Below, piece by piece: positions 30,001 to 41,094 of a stretch of 64,000 nt of DNA; position 1 is the first letter of the stretch; each line of letters begins with the position of its first letter. Under the pieces are notes generated by a model, which saw nothing but the letters and a program-made list of their open reading frames with translations, made no database searches and had not been told where the DNA came from. Made by a program: the position numbers and the translations under genes. Where the stretch lies: the NCBI RefSeq assembly GCF_009914755.1, contig NC_060945.1; one strand, given 5' to 3'. Source of the stretch: the human T2T-CHM13v2.0 reference genome, Homo sapiens.

Positions 30001-33000
30001 ATCAGAACCCAGCAGCAGTGTTCTGGAATCCTTTGTCAGGGAAAAACATTCAGATCACAGAAGGAGTGTTCTGGAATCCTATGTGAGGGACACACATTCA
30101 GAACACAGCATCATTGTTCTGGAATACTATGTGAGGGACAAACTTTCAGACCACTGCAGGAGTGTTCTGGAATCCGATGTGAGGGACAAACTTTCAGACC
30201 CCAGAAGAAGTGTTCTGGAATCGTATTTGAAGCACAATCATTTAGACCCACGTAGCAGTGTTCTGGAATCTTACATGAAGGAAAAACACTCAGAACACAA
30301 CAGCAGTGTTGTGGAATCTTACATGAGGGAAAAACACTCAGAACACAACAGCAGTGTTCTGGTATCCTAGGGGAGGGACACACTTTCAGATCACAGCAGG
30401 AGTGTTCTGGAATCCTATGTGAGGGAGAATAATTCAGACCCTGGTAACAGTGTTCTGGAATCCTATGTGAGGGACAAACTTTCAGACCCGAGTAGCAGTG
30501 TTCTGGAATCCTATTTGAGGAACAATCACTCAGATCACAGCAGGAATGTTTTGGAATCCTATGTGAGGGAGACACATTCAGACCACAGCAAGATTGTTCT
30601 GGAATCTCACCTGAGGAACAAACACCCAGACCACAGCAGGAGTGTTTTGGAATCCTATGTGAGGATCAGCCATTCAGACCACTGCAGCAGGGTTCTGGAA
30701 TCTTATGTGAGGGACAAACATTCAGACCCTGTTAGCATTGTTCTGGAATCTTATGTGAGGGACAATAATGCGGACCCTCTTAGCAATGTTCTGGAATCCT
30801 ATGTGAGGGACAAACATTCAGACCCCCGTAGGGAGTGTTCTGGAATCCTATGTGAGGGACAAACACTCGGAATCCAGCAGCAGTGTTCTGGAATCTTATG
30901 TGAGGGACAAACATTCAGACTACAACAGGAGTGTTCTGGACTCCTATGTAAGGGACAAACATTCAGACCCCAGCAGCAGTGCTCTGGAATCCTATGTGAG
31001 GGACAAATATTTAGACCCAAGTAGCAGTGTTCTGGAATCATACGTGAGGGACAAACACTCAGAACCCCACAGTACTGTTCTGGAATCCTAAGTGAGGGAC
31101 AAACATTCAGACCACAGCAGGAGTGTTCTGGAATCCTATGTGAGGGACAAACATTCAGACCACAGCGGCAGTGTTCTGGAATCCTATGTGAGGGACAAAC
31201 AATCAGACCACAGCAGCAGTGTTCTGGAATCTTATGTGAGGGACTCACATTCAGAACCTCGTAGCAGTGTTTTGGAATCCTATGTGAGGGACAAACATTG
31301 AGACACTCTTAGCAGTGTTCTGGAATCCTATGTGAGGGACAAACATTCAGACCCAGCAGCAGTGTTCTGGAATCCTATGTGAGGGAGAAACAATCAGACC
31401 CTCGTAACAGTGTCCTGAAATCCTAAGGCAGGTACAAACCCTCAGAACCCAGCAGCAGTGTTCTGGAATCCTATGTTAGGGACTCACATTCAGAATTTCC
31501 TACCAGTGCTCTGGAATCCTCTGTGAGGGACAGCCTTTCATACTACAGAAGCAGTGTTCTGGAATTGTATTTGAGGAATAAACATTCACAGTACAGCAGG
31601 AGTTTTCTGGTATCCTAAGTAAGGGACAAACATTCAGACCCACTTAGCAGTGTTGTGAAATCCTATGTCAAGGACAAACATTCAGACCCCAGCAGCAGTG
31701 CTCTGGAATGTCATGTGAGGGACAAACATTCGGACCACAGCAGGAGTGTTCAGGAATCCTATGTGAGGTACAAACATTCAGATTACATCAGGAGTATTCT
31801 GGAATCCTATATGAGGGGCAAACATTCAGACCACAGCATCAGCGTTCTGGAATCCAATGTGAGGGACAAACTTTCCGACCACAGCAGGAGTGTTTTGGAG
31901 TCCTATGTGAGGGACTGATATTCAGACCCCCGAAGCTCTGTTCTGGAATCCAAAGTGAGGGAGAAACACTCAGAACCCAGCAGCAGTGTTCTATAATCCT
32001 AGGTGACAGAGAAACATTTAGACCCTCCTGGCAATGTTCTGGAATCCTATGTGAGAGACACACATTCAGAACACAGCAGGAGTGTTCTTGAATCCTAAAT
32101 GAGGGACAAACAAGCAGAACTCAGCAGCAGTGTTCTGGAATTCTATGTGAGGGACAAACATAAAGACCACATCAGGAGAGTTCTGGAATCCTATGTGCCC
32201 AAAAACATTCAGATCCCAGCAGCAGTGCTCTTCGATCCTATGTGAGGGAAAACATTCAGACCCTCGTAGCAGTGTTCTTAAATGCTATGTGAGGGACAAA
32301 CATTCAGAACCTCTTAGCAGTGTTCTGGAATCCTATCTGAGGGACAAACATTTAGACCCAAGTAGCTGTGCTCTGGAATCTTACGTTAAGTACAAACACT
32401 CAGAAACCAACAGCAGTGTTCTGGAATCCTAAGTGAGGGACAAACTTTCAGACCACAGCACGAGTGTTCTGGAATCCTGAGTGAGAGACAAACATTCGGA
32501 ACACAGCAGGAGTGTTCTGGAATGCTATGTCAGGGAGAATAATTCAGACCCTCGTAGCAGTGTTCTGGAATCCTATGTGAGGGACAAACATTCAGACTCC
32601 AGTAGCAGTGTTTTGGAATCCTATTTGAGGGAGAAACACTCAGACCAGAGAAGAAATGTTTTGGAATCCTATCTGAGGGGGAAACATTCAGAACACAGCA
32701 GGATAGATCTGGAAACCCTTGTGAGGCACAAACACCCAGATGACAGGAGGAATGTTCTGGAATCCTATATAAGGGTCAAGTATTCAGACCACAGCAGTAG
32801 TGTTCTGGAATCCTATATGAGGGACAAACATTCAGACCCTCGTAGCAGTGTTCTGGAATCCTATGTAAAAGACAAACACTCAGAAACCAGGAGCAGTGTT
32901 CTGTAATCCTTTGTGAGGGAGAAACTTTCAGACCACAGAAGGAGTGTTCTGGAATCCTAAGTGAGGGACAAACATTCAGACCAAAGCAGCAGTGTTCTGG

Positions 33001-34170
33001 ACTCCTATGTGAGGGACAAACATTTAGGCCCACGTAGCAGTGTTGTGGAATCCTATGTGAGGGAGAAACACTCAGAACGCAGCAGCAGTGTTCTGGAATC
33101 CTATGTGAGGGACAAACATTCAGAGCAGAGCAGGAATGTTCTGGAGTCCTATGTGCGGGACAAACTTTCAATCCCTCATAGCAGTGTTCTGGAATCCTAT
33201 GTTATGGACAAACATTTACAACCATGAGGCAGTGTTCTGGAGTCATACGTGAGGGACAAACACTCAGATCCCAAACTCAGTGTTCTGGAATCCCATCTGA
33301 GGGACAAACATTCAGACCAGAGCAGGAGTGTTCCGTAATCCTATGTGAGGTACAATCATTCAGACCCTCGTAGCAGTGTTCTGCAGTCCTATGTGAGGGA
33401 CAAACACTCAGAACCCAGCAGCATTGTTCTGGAATCTTATATGAGGGACCATCATTCAGACCACAGCTGGCATCTCCTGGAATCCTACGTGTGGGACAAG
33501 CATTCAGATTCTCGTAGCACTGTTCTGGATTCCTAGGTTAGGAAAATACATTCAGAACACAGCAGGAGTGTTCTGGAGTCCTATGTGCGGGACAAACATT
33601 GAGACCCTCGTAGCACTGTTGTGGAATCCTATGTAAGGGAGAAACACTCAGAACCCAGCAGCAGTGTTCTGGAATCCTATGTGAGGGACAATCATTCAGA
33701 CCACAGCTGGAGTGTTCTGGAATCCTACTTGTGGGACAAGCATTCAGACCCTCGTAGCATTGTTCTGTAATCCTATGTTAGGAAATCACATTCAGAACAC
33801 AGCAGGAGTGTTCTGGAGTCCTACGTGAGGGACAAAGATTCAGACCCTCATAACAGTGTTCTGGAATCTTATGTGAGGTACAAACATTCAGACCCACCTA
33901 GCAGTGTTCTGGAATTGTATGTGAGGGACAAACACTCAGAACCCAGCAGCAGTGTTCTGGAATCTTGTCTGACGGACAAACATTCAGACTAGGGGAGGAG
34001 TGCTCTAGAACCCTGTGTGAGGTACAATCATTCAGACCACAGCAGGACTGTTCTGGAATCATATGTGAGGGGCAATCATTCAGACCACAGCTGATGTGTT
34101 CTGGAATCCTACGTGTGGGACAGGCATTCAGACCCTCGTAGCATTGTTCTGGAATCCTATGTTAAGAAAA
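1..34170. repeat. CER (48-bp centromeric/D22Z3-type) satellite array, about 710 diverged monomers
   Basis: Continuous 48-bp period with consensus near AGCAGTGTTCTGGAATCCTATGTGAGGGACAAACATTCAGACCCTCGT. It matches the recalled primate CER satellite. The array runs off the left window edge and ends at about 34,170. Confidence 0.93.
6479..6514 (+). mobile_element. Extremely 5'-truncated L1 3' end inserted in CER, with a 14-bp TSD
   Basis: Insert CAAGTATAATAATAAT...AAAA resembles the L1PA terminus (AAAGTATAATAA) plus an A-rich tail. It is flanked by AGAAACATAAATTC (6465-6478) and AGAAACATACATTC (6515-6528), and the left copy is preceded by TT (TT/AGAAA endonuclease-like site). Confidence 0.75.
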
Positions 34171-34265
34171 TACAAATGTAAGGCTGAAAGCTGTAAAACT
34201 CCTACACAAAAATATAAGGGAAAAATATGCAACGTTATGCCATTGAATTTGGCAGTGGGTTCTTG
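34171..34265 (+). mobile_element. Old L1 (L1M) ORF2 fragment at the satellite junction
   Basis: AAATGTAAGGCTGAAAGCTGTAAAACTCCTACACAAAAATATAAGGGAAAA...TTTGGCAGTGGGTTCTTGA resembles the L1 ORF2 3' region. Confidence 0.6.
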
Positions 34266-35150
34266 ACTGCCAGCTGCCCCACATCCCTGGAGCATCCATC
34301 TGCTCACCGCTGCCGGGTGCTGGGTCCTTCCACACCTGTCGCGCTACTTTGTGAGGGGCTCTGAGGGGCACCAACCAGGACCCCACGCTGAGCACAGGGC
34401 ACAGGCCGGGCATTGTCAGGATATTCGCTGGCAGGCTGTCCCCATGCCCGCCTCAGACGCCAGGAGGAAGGGCGGCCTGATCCGAGTCTGCGGAAGGAGG
34501 AAGAAGCACGTTTCCTGAGCCAACAGGGACACAGAGGCGAATGCCATAAAATTATATGGCATATATTTTGAAACATGGCCGCAATTTGAATAATTAGAAT
34601 ATCTAAAAACTCCAAAGATTATTATGCTGAAACGGCACCAAAAATTATCATTCCAGTGACTACAGGGAATTTTTAATAGTTGCTATTTTTATAATAAAAT
34701 TAAACTTTAATGAAATAACTGACTTTCAAACTTCAGCAAGAGGACAAATATTCAGCCAGAGATATCAGTTCCCAGTTTCTGCTCCGGGTCTTCTCTGGTC
34801 TTCCACAGCCCCTCCTGCATCACCCAGGGCTAAAGGGCCACCTGGCCTGGCCTGAATCCCCTCGTCCCTCCGCTTCCCCACTCAGCTCCTTTAACCCCCC
34901 CTGGGGCAGGGGCAGCAAACTGTCCAGAGCTGGAGGCTCCCTCGACCAGGGCAGCACCGCTCCGCCCCTCTCCGCACCTGCCCAGCCCCTGGCAAAGGAC
35001 GTGCCTGGGCCTGGCCCACTGCACGTCCCCCAACGCCTGCCCTGTGCCTGCAACGGCGACGCTGCCAACAAGAGGTGCCAGAGGCTGAGGCGCAACCCCC
35101 CCAGAGCGCAGGGTTCCCACTCACCTGGGAGTAGGGATAGGCCCCTTCTG
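34266..35150 (-). other. GC-rich non-repetitive segment with exon-like splice signals (possible duplicated gene fragment, gene not identified)
   Basis: On the minus strand there is an acceptor-like CTTCTTCCTCCTTCCGCAG (~34,488-34,506) and a donor-like CAG/GTGAGT (~35,119-35,127). I recognise no protein. Confidence 0.25.
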
Positions 35151-35844
35151 GTAGGTTGCACTGTTAAGATTATTTCCTTATTTATTTTACTTAAAACTGG
35201 TAGAATGTTACTATTATATGACGTACCCATGATTCTGCCAGTAAATTTGGGCATACGTTTATTAGTTTTTGTTAGATTAACTAGTTCTTTTGTTTCTGTT
35301 ATTAAGGTGAAATTTAAATTCTATCTGAAATCAGTAAGATACAGAGAGATTTTAATGAGAAGTGAGTATTTTTTTCTAAAGGGGAACTGATATCTCTGGC
35401 TGAATATGTGTCTTCTTGCTGAAGTTTGAAAGTCAGTTATTTTATTAAAGTTTAATTTTACTATAAAAATAACAACTATTAAAAATTCCCTGTCATCATT
35501 GGAAGGATAAATTTTGGTGCAGTGTCAGTATAACAATATTTCGAATTTTTAAATGTTCTAATTATTCAAATTGTGGTCATGCTTTAAAAATATATGCCAT
35601 AGAAGTTATGTTATTTTAAAATACCATTCTTTATTATGGGAAGAAGCAGTAAATTCACCTTAACCGTAGCAGACTCTAGAGCTGACTAAAACACCCTTTA
35701 GAGGTTAAATTGTAATGAGGTAGACCATCAATGCAAAAAACAGTTTTTTTAGTTGTTCCACTACCTGTGCAAAACTTATTAGAATAATGTTCAGAAATTA
35801 AAATCTGTGTTTGTTAAGACTTGTTTCTGCTGGGGGTTTTAGAA

Positions 35845-35965
35845 TGTAATAAAAGCTATAAATAAAATTCTAAGCCCCGTATCAACTGAACATACTTCCT
35901 CTTGAGCAAGAAGACCCCAGAAAAAAACTTAAAAACTGAATTTCTGGCTATGACAGCAAGAGAGG
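35845..35965 (+). mobile_element. MER4-group (MER65-like) LTR, 5' part, interrupted by an ERV
   Basis: AATAAAATTCTAAGCCCC...AAAAACTGAATTTCTGGCTATGA resembles the start of MER65-type LTRs. The sequence resumes at 39,885. Confidence 0.55.
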
Positions 35966-36137
35966 TGTTATGTGCAGGAGATGCTCCAGGGAAGAAGAAA
36001 ACACACACACACAATACCTTTAAAGGTCAACAAACTCGATCCCACATAAATGGCAATGCAGATATAATAAGCAAATGATAGAATAAGCAAATTGATACAA
36101 TAAGCAAATTGCAGTGGGAAGGGGAGAAGGAAAAAAA

Positions 36138-36195
<58 letters not shown>

Positions 36196-36479
36196 GATAG
36201 ACTATGGAGGATTCATCACCAGACCGAGAAGCAACAGCCTGGGCTCCAGAGTCAGCCACTCATCCATGCACAAAGGAACACAAAAAGGTCAATTTGCTTT
36301 TGCCATTGTCTGTTGTTTTTCAATAACTAAAGTATAGGAATAGATTGAAATAGAGATTTCTCTGAAACAGTGCTGGATGAATGCCTCAAGGGGCTCACAA
36401 AACCTATTCCGAGACTTGGTGACCATTATTTGTGTCCATGTTCAATTGAGTTTAAATATATTATTTAACTTTTTCTGCG
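35966..36479 (-). mobile_element. ERV 3' LTR (LTR66-like) with an internal ~110-bp deletion
   Basis: The reverse complement aligns with the LTR at 63,141-63,721 (AACTCAATTGAA...GGTCACCAAGTC...GAGCCCCTTGAGGC...TGAATCCTCCATAGTC) and ends in ...AACA at 35,966. Confidence 0.8.
36138..36192. repeat. (TG)n(TA)n microsatellite inside the LTR
   Basis: Dinucleotide runs read directly. Confidence 0.95.
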
Positions 36480-39400
36480 TATTCTGTCCCAATTGATACT
36501 CAAATGTAAGAAAATACGCTTACAGATATACGAGGAATACATAATTGGTAGAGGTTACAGAAGCAGGGTAAGCAGAGGAGAATTAAAACACAGTTAATAA
36601 AAACCGCACCCACCAAGGCCAACGCCAATGCCAGTTGGACAGCCAATTCATGATGGGGTCCTGACAGTTAGATTTTGTTTTGCTTGTCCTTGCATGTCTT
36701 GGGCGAGGAGAGTAATATTGTGAGAACTGTCAGGGATACACACACAAAATTCAGTATGCAGCAAGGCTGAAACGCTCTTTGGGCTGCGGTAAGCATACCT
36801 AATGCCATTTGATTTTGCAACACAACAGTACACAACTGAGCAAATTCCTCTGATAACAACATAAGTCCAGTGCTACTACCATTAAGAGCTTTTTCTACAT
36901 GTAAGCTTAATATTTAAATTTTTTGCTGAAACAGAATTGTATCAGTGGCAGAGGAGAACACTGTTATAGGGTACACCCCATCAGGGATTCTGGCGCATTT
37001 GTAACCAGTGATGTTTGGAAGCATCTAGATTTAGGAAAGAGGTTGTGTTTCATTGGGGACAATGCTGTTGATTTGGAGTATGTGTTGACAATTGTCTGGT
37101 GGGAGAAACCCCAGAGTAACATTAAAAGAGCCATTTAAGGCCTCCAGACAAAGCGGGGGTGCGGTGCCATATGGAGTTCAGCTACCGGTATGGTAGGTTC
37201 CCTGTATATGTCTTTCCAGGTATATTGGGTAGGATACAAAGGCCTTTGATGCATTGCAAAAGTGGATTTCTCCTTTTGTCAGACTTGGGCAAAAATAGAC
37301 TCTTTGATTTGGTTAAAAGAAGTCCAGGTGGGATTACAGGTGCTATTCTCCTGACCCCCTTGGTAGTGATGTAACCACTTGGAAATGTTGGCAGAGACAA
37401 TTTTTTAAGGGAGCCCATTCCCTGCAGCCTGTGGCAATTCGACTAAAAGGCAGCTCTAACTGCAGTTGACTTCTTTTGCAGCGGTGGCTACCCAGTTGCT
37501 AAATGCATTCTTGGCCTCAGACACAAAGAAGCAGGTGCTGACCATCATTCGATAGGCTATTCCTTTTAATAACAAAAACAGAGGGGAACATAACATTGTT
37601 TTTAAAATTTTACTACTCCCCTCATTTTCTGCCCCCATACTGTGGCCCCAGGATTTAAGCTGCCCACTTTGGTGGACCCATATCCTCCAGTTCTATATGA
37701 TGTTCCTATTGGGGCAGAAATTTCCTCGGGGGTTAATTGGTGACACGGTACTACCAGTAGCTGAGCAATCTGCATCTGCGGCTTTATGGCAAAAGAATTT
37801 TCGGTGGTATTGTGTTAAAAGATTTTTAACTCTCACCGGTAATCACTATCAATTACACCACCATACACTATAATGCCTCTCATTCCAATGCTTGCACGTG
37901 TTGTAATCCGTTCATCCACATTTGAGTTTGCAGTTATGGTGGAAATTTTGGCCTGTTGACCTGCCTGCTGATTAATTAGTCTGCCAAGAGAAAGCAGAGA
38001 TGCATGAGCATCAACATAACAGTGTTAATGGTAGGGTGCACAGGGATTCAGATATCTTCCCTGTATTCTTTCCCCAAACCTTTTTATTCCCAATTAACCA
38101 TTTGCCTCATTGCCATTGAGGCATCTAGATAGTAAGACCATTTGCTACTGACCAAGAGTTGGTATACAAGTGTCAAATCCCTCTGGCCTTCTTCTGAATA
38201 GCTGGGAAGATGGCTATTAGCTCAGCCAGCTGGCTGCTCCCATCCCTTCCTTCATCAGAAATACTTATGTTTTTAACAGGATTATAAGCCACGGCCTCCC
38301 CGCATCGGGTCCCACCAATGTATTTGGCAGATCCATCAGTAAACCAAGCATGTTTCTGATGCTTTGGATGAGGCAGGTCTCTTTCCCTGCCTGCAGGACT
38401 TGTTCGGTGGCTTTCTGAGTTGGCAAATTTTTTAAAAATGATACCCCCTTTGGTCCTGGCTTTGCCCTATCTTGTATATACCATTCCATTATGTGATGCT
38501 ACTTTCTTCAGCATGCCCTATTCGATGGGTTTTGGTGGACCTCATGACCCAAGTCATAATAGGAATTTCAGGCCTTATGAAGACATCATGGTTGAAGCAG
38601 AGAGTCTCCATTTCCAGCAAAGCCCGATAGCAAGCTAACAGTCGCTTCTCAAAAGGATTATAAGCTTCGCCAGCCTCTGGCAGCTTCCAGGTTTGAAACC
38701 CCAAGAGTCCCCTCTTCCCATCTTGTTTCTGCCAAAGGCTCCAATTAGCATGTTAATCCAGGACAGTTATTTGCAATTCTACTGTCCCATCCCATATGGG
38801 CCATCCAGGGCCAGATGCACTGCTTGCTTAGCTTGCTCAAAGGCTGTGTTCTCTTTCTACCTCCAGTGAAAGTCATTATATTTTCTAGTGACTGCATACA
38901 GAGGTTGTGAGATGTTACCCAAACCGGGAAGATGTCTCCAGAATTCAAACAAGCCAATACATTTCTGGGCCTCCTTTTTAGTGGTAGGGGTTGCAAATTC
39001 TAGTATTTTAACCATAGCCTTTGGTAAAATGGACTTTTTCCTTGCATTCCATGGGATGCAAAGCAATTTTATAGTTTGTGCAGGTTCTTGAAATTTGTAA
39101 AGGCTAATTTCCCATTCTTCAGATAGGAACTGGGTTTTTACCCACACCAAGCCCCAGCTGACTCGTTCTTCAGTTTTACCCTGACCACACCACTTGCACA
39201 GCTGTTTTTCTCATCAATAATCTGTTAGCTTTGAGCCTGATCAGTCAAGACATAGGCCTGAAATTGAGCCAGGGCCAGTCTGGAAGTCAGAGTAGTGTTT
39301 TCTTTTTCCAGCTTACATTTATCTTGTAGCAATTGATTTCTATCTCAACACATTAACTTATAAGCAGTAAGCAAGCACCATCTATGCTAAGAGATCCCCC

Positions 39401-39600
39401 TGGCATCTCCTTTGCTGACTGAAATCCCCTGCAGCACTTCATGCACAGTCAAAGGTTCAAATTCCACTAATTTAGATACCCAATTTTCACTAAGGTCAGT
39501 TCCCCCCGACCATTCAATTGCCAAGAGGGAGAACTGGAGGAGTTTCTATCCTGGAATATGGGAAGTCCCTGAGCTTCCAGCGGTGATCTTGAAGCTGAAA
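36480..39600 (-). mobile_element. Internally deleted class III ERV internal region (HERVL66/HERV-S-like): gag remnant, RT/RNaseH, dUTPase, env
   Basis: ERVL-type RT connection PTTKKEAQKCIGLFEFWRHLP (~38,900-39,000); YNPFEKRLLACY (~38,630-38,660); dUTPase motifs GGVIDSDYR, QIAQL and RTGGYGST (~37,670-37,880); env immunosuppressive domain LQNQMALGMLTAAQ followed by a CX6CC-like remnant (~36,730-36,830). Many stops and frameshifts. Confidence 0.85.
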
Positions 39601-39601
39601 A

Positions 39602-39884
39602 GTGAATCCTCCATAGTCTGGTGGGTGTAGTAGCCAACTCTGGAGCCTAGGCTGTTGCTTCCCCATCTGGCCATGAATGCTGTATAGTCTGGTGAGTACA
39701 TATACATAGATATAGATATAGATAGATAGATACATACATACATATATATAGATAGATAGATAAAAATATAGATATAGATATAGATATCTGCAATACCATT
39801 TACATGGGATAAAAAAGTTGTTTACCCTTAAAGGTATTGTGTGTGTGTCTTTTCTTCTCCCATCAGCATCTCCCACACAGAACA
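39602..39884 (+). mobile_element. Partial LTR66-like LTR (3' half to U5 end), oriented opposite to the internal region
   Basis: Matches 63,470-63,721 on the plus strand (GCCAACTCTGGAGCC...ACCCTTAAAGGTATTGTGTGTG...CAGAACA) and contains a (TAGA/TA)n tract at 39,700-39,788. Confidence 0.8.
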
Positions 39885-40185
39885 GGAGGAGACAGACAGG
39901 CCTTGTTACACACCTGTTTGCTGTTGTACCTCTGTTTGCTCTTTAGGTACAACAAATCATCAGCACTAATGTTAAAATAGAGATCATAAGACTGACAAAA
40001 CTGACTCTGTGGCAATATAATACCAAATTATTGTCACAATTTAAGGCAGTGCAAGGCAAGTGTTAAGCCATGCATGCAGGTCAGCAATCTTGCTACATAG
40101 CATCCCTATCTCCACTTAAGAGTTAAAACTTTTATATCAGCTGACTCCAAGTTTTAGATAGAACATTACCCCTTTAACAGTGAAG
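39885..40185 (+). mobile_element. MER4-group (MER65-like) LTR, continuation
   Basis: TGTTAAAATAGAGATCATAAGACTGACAAAA is typical of MER4-group LTRs and continues the piece at 35,845-35,965. Confidence 0.55.
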
Positions 40186-40192
40186 CAAGAGA

Positions 40193-41094
40193 GAGGAGCC
40201 AAGATGGCCGAATAGGAACAGCTCCGGTCTACAGCTCCCAGCCTGAGGGAAGCAGAAGATGGGTGATTTCTGCATTTCCATCTGAGGTACCCAGTTCATC
40301 TCACTAGGGAGTGCCAGACAGTGGGCCCAGGCCAGTGGGTGCGCGCACCGTGCGCGAGCCGAAGCAGGGCGAGGCATTGCCTCACTTGGGAAGTGCAAGG
40401 AGTCAGGGAGTTCCCTTTCCAAGTCAAAGAAAGGGGTGACGGACGCACCTGGAAAATCGGGTCACTCCCACCCGAATATTGCGCTTTTCACACCGGCTTA
40501 AAAAACGGTGCACCACGAGATTATATCCCGCACCTGGCTCGGAGGGTCCTACGCCCACGGAATCTCACTGATTGCTAGCACAGCAGTCTGAGATCAAACT
40601 GCAAGGCGGCAGCGAGGCTGGGAGAGGGGCGCCCGCCATTGCCCAGGCTTGCTTAGGTAAACAAAGCAGCCGGGAAGCTCGAACTGGGTGGAGCCCACCA
40701 CAGCTCAAGGAGGCCTGCCTGCCTCTGTAGGCTCCACCTCTGGGGGCAGGGCACAGACAAACAAAAAGACAGCAGTAACCTCTGCAGACTTAAATGTCCC
40801 TGTCTGACAGCTTTGAAGAGAGCAGTGGTTCTCCCAGCACGCAGCTGGAGATCTGAGAACCAGCAGACTGCCTCCTCAAGTGGGTCCCTGACCCCTGACC
40901 CCCGAGCAGCCTAACTGGGAGGCACCCCCCAGCAGGGGCACACTGACACCTCACACGGCAGGGTACTCCAACAGACCTGCAGCTGAGGGTCCTGTCTGTT
41001 AGAAGGAAAACTAACAAAGAGAAAGGACATCAACACCGAAAACCCATCTGTACATCACCATCATCAAAGACCAAAAGTAGATAAAACCACAAAG
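40193..41094 (+). promoter_or_regulatory. L1 5'UTR internal sense/antisense promoter
   Basis: YY1 motif AAGATGGCCG at ~40,201, retained CpGs and canonical L1 5'UTR sequence. Confidence 0.8.

Noticed and set aside
110-33536. Many 60-313 aa ORFs with a 16-aa period (SSVLESYVRDKHSDP; minus strand CPSHRIPEHC)
   Set aside because: 48 bp is a multiple of 3 and the consensus lacks stops in these frames. Frequent stops and frameshifts and the absence of C2H2 spacing point to a satellite artefact.
1-34170. CRISPR-like or coded repeat array
   Set aside because: There are no unique spacers and no cas genes. The variable parts are homologous between monomers, and the context is primate.
36020-36337. 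YIYI-repeat ORFs
   Set aside because: These are translations of the (TA)n microsatellite.
40565-40639. L1 ORF0 on the antisense strand
   Set aside because: The ATG is present but a TGA occurs at codon 25.
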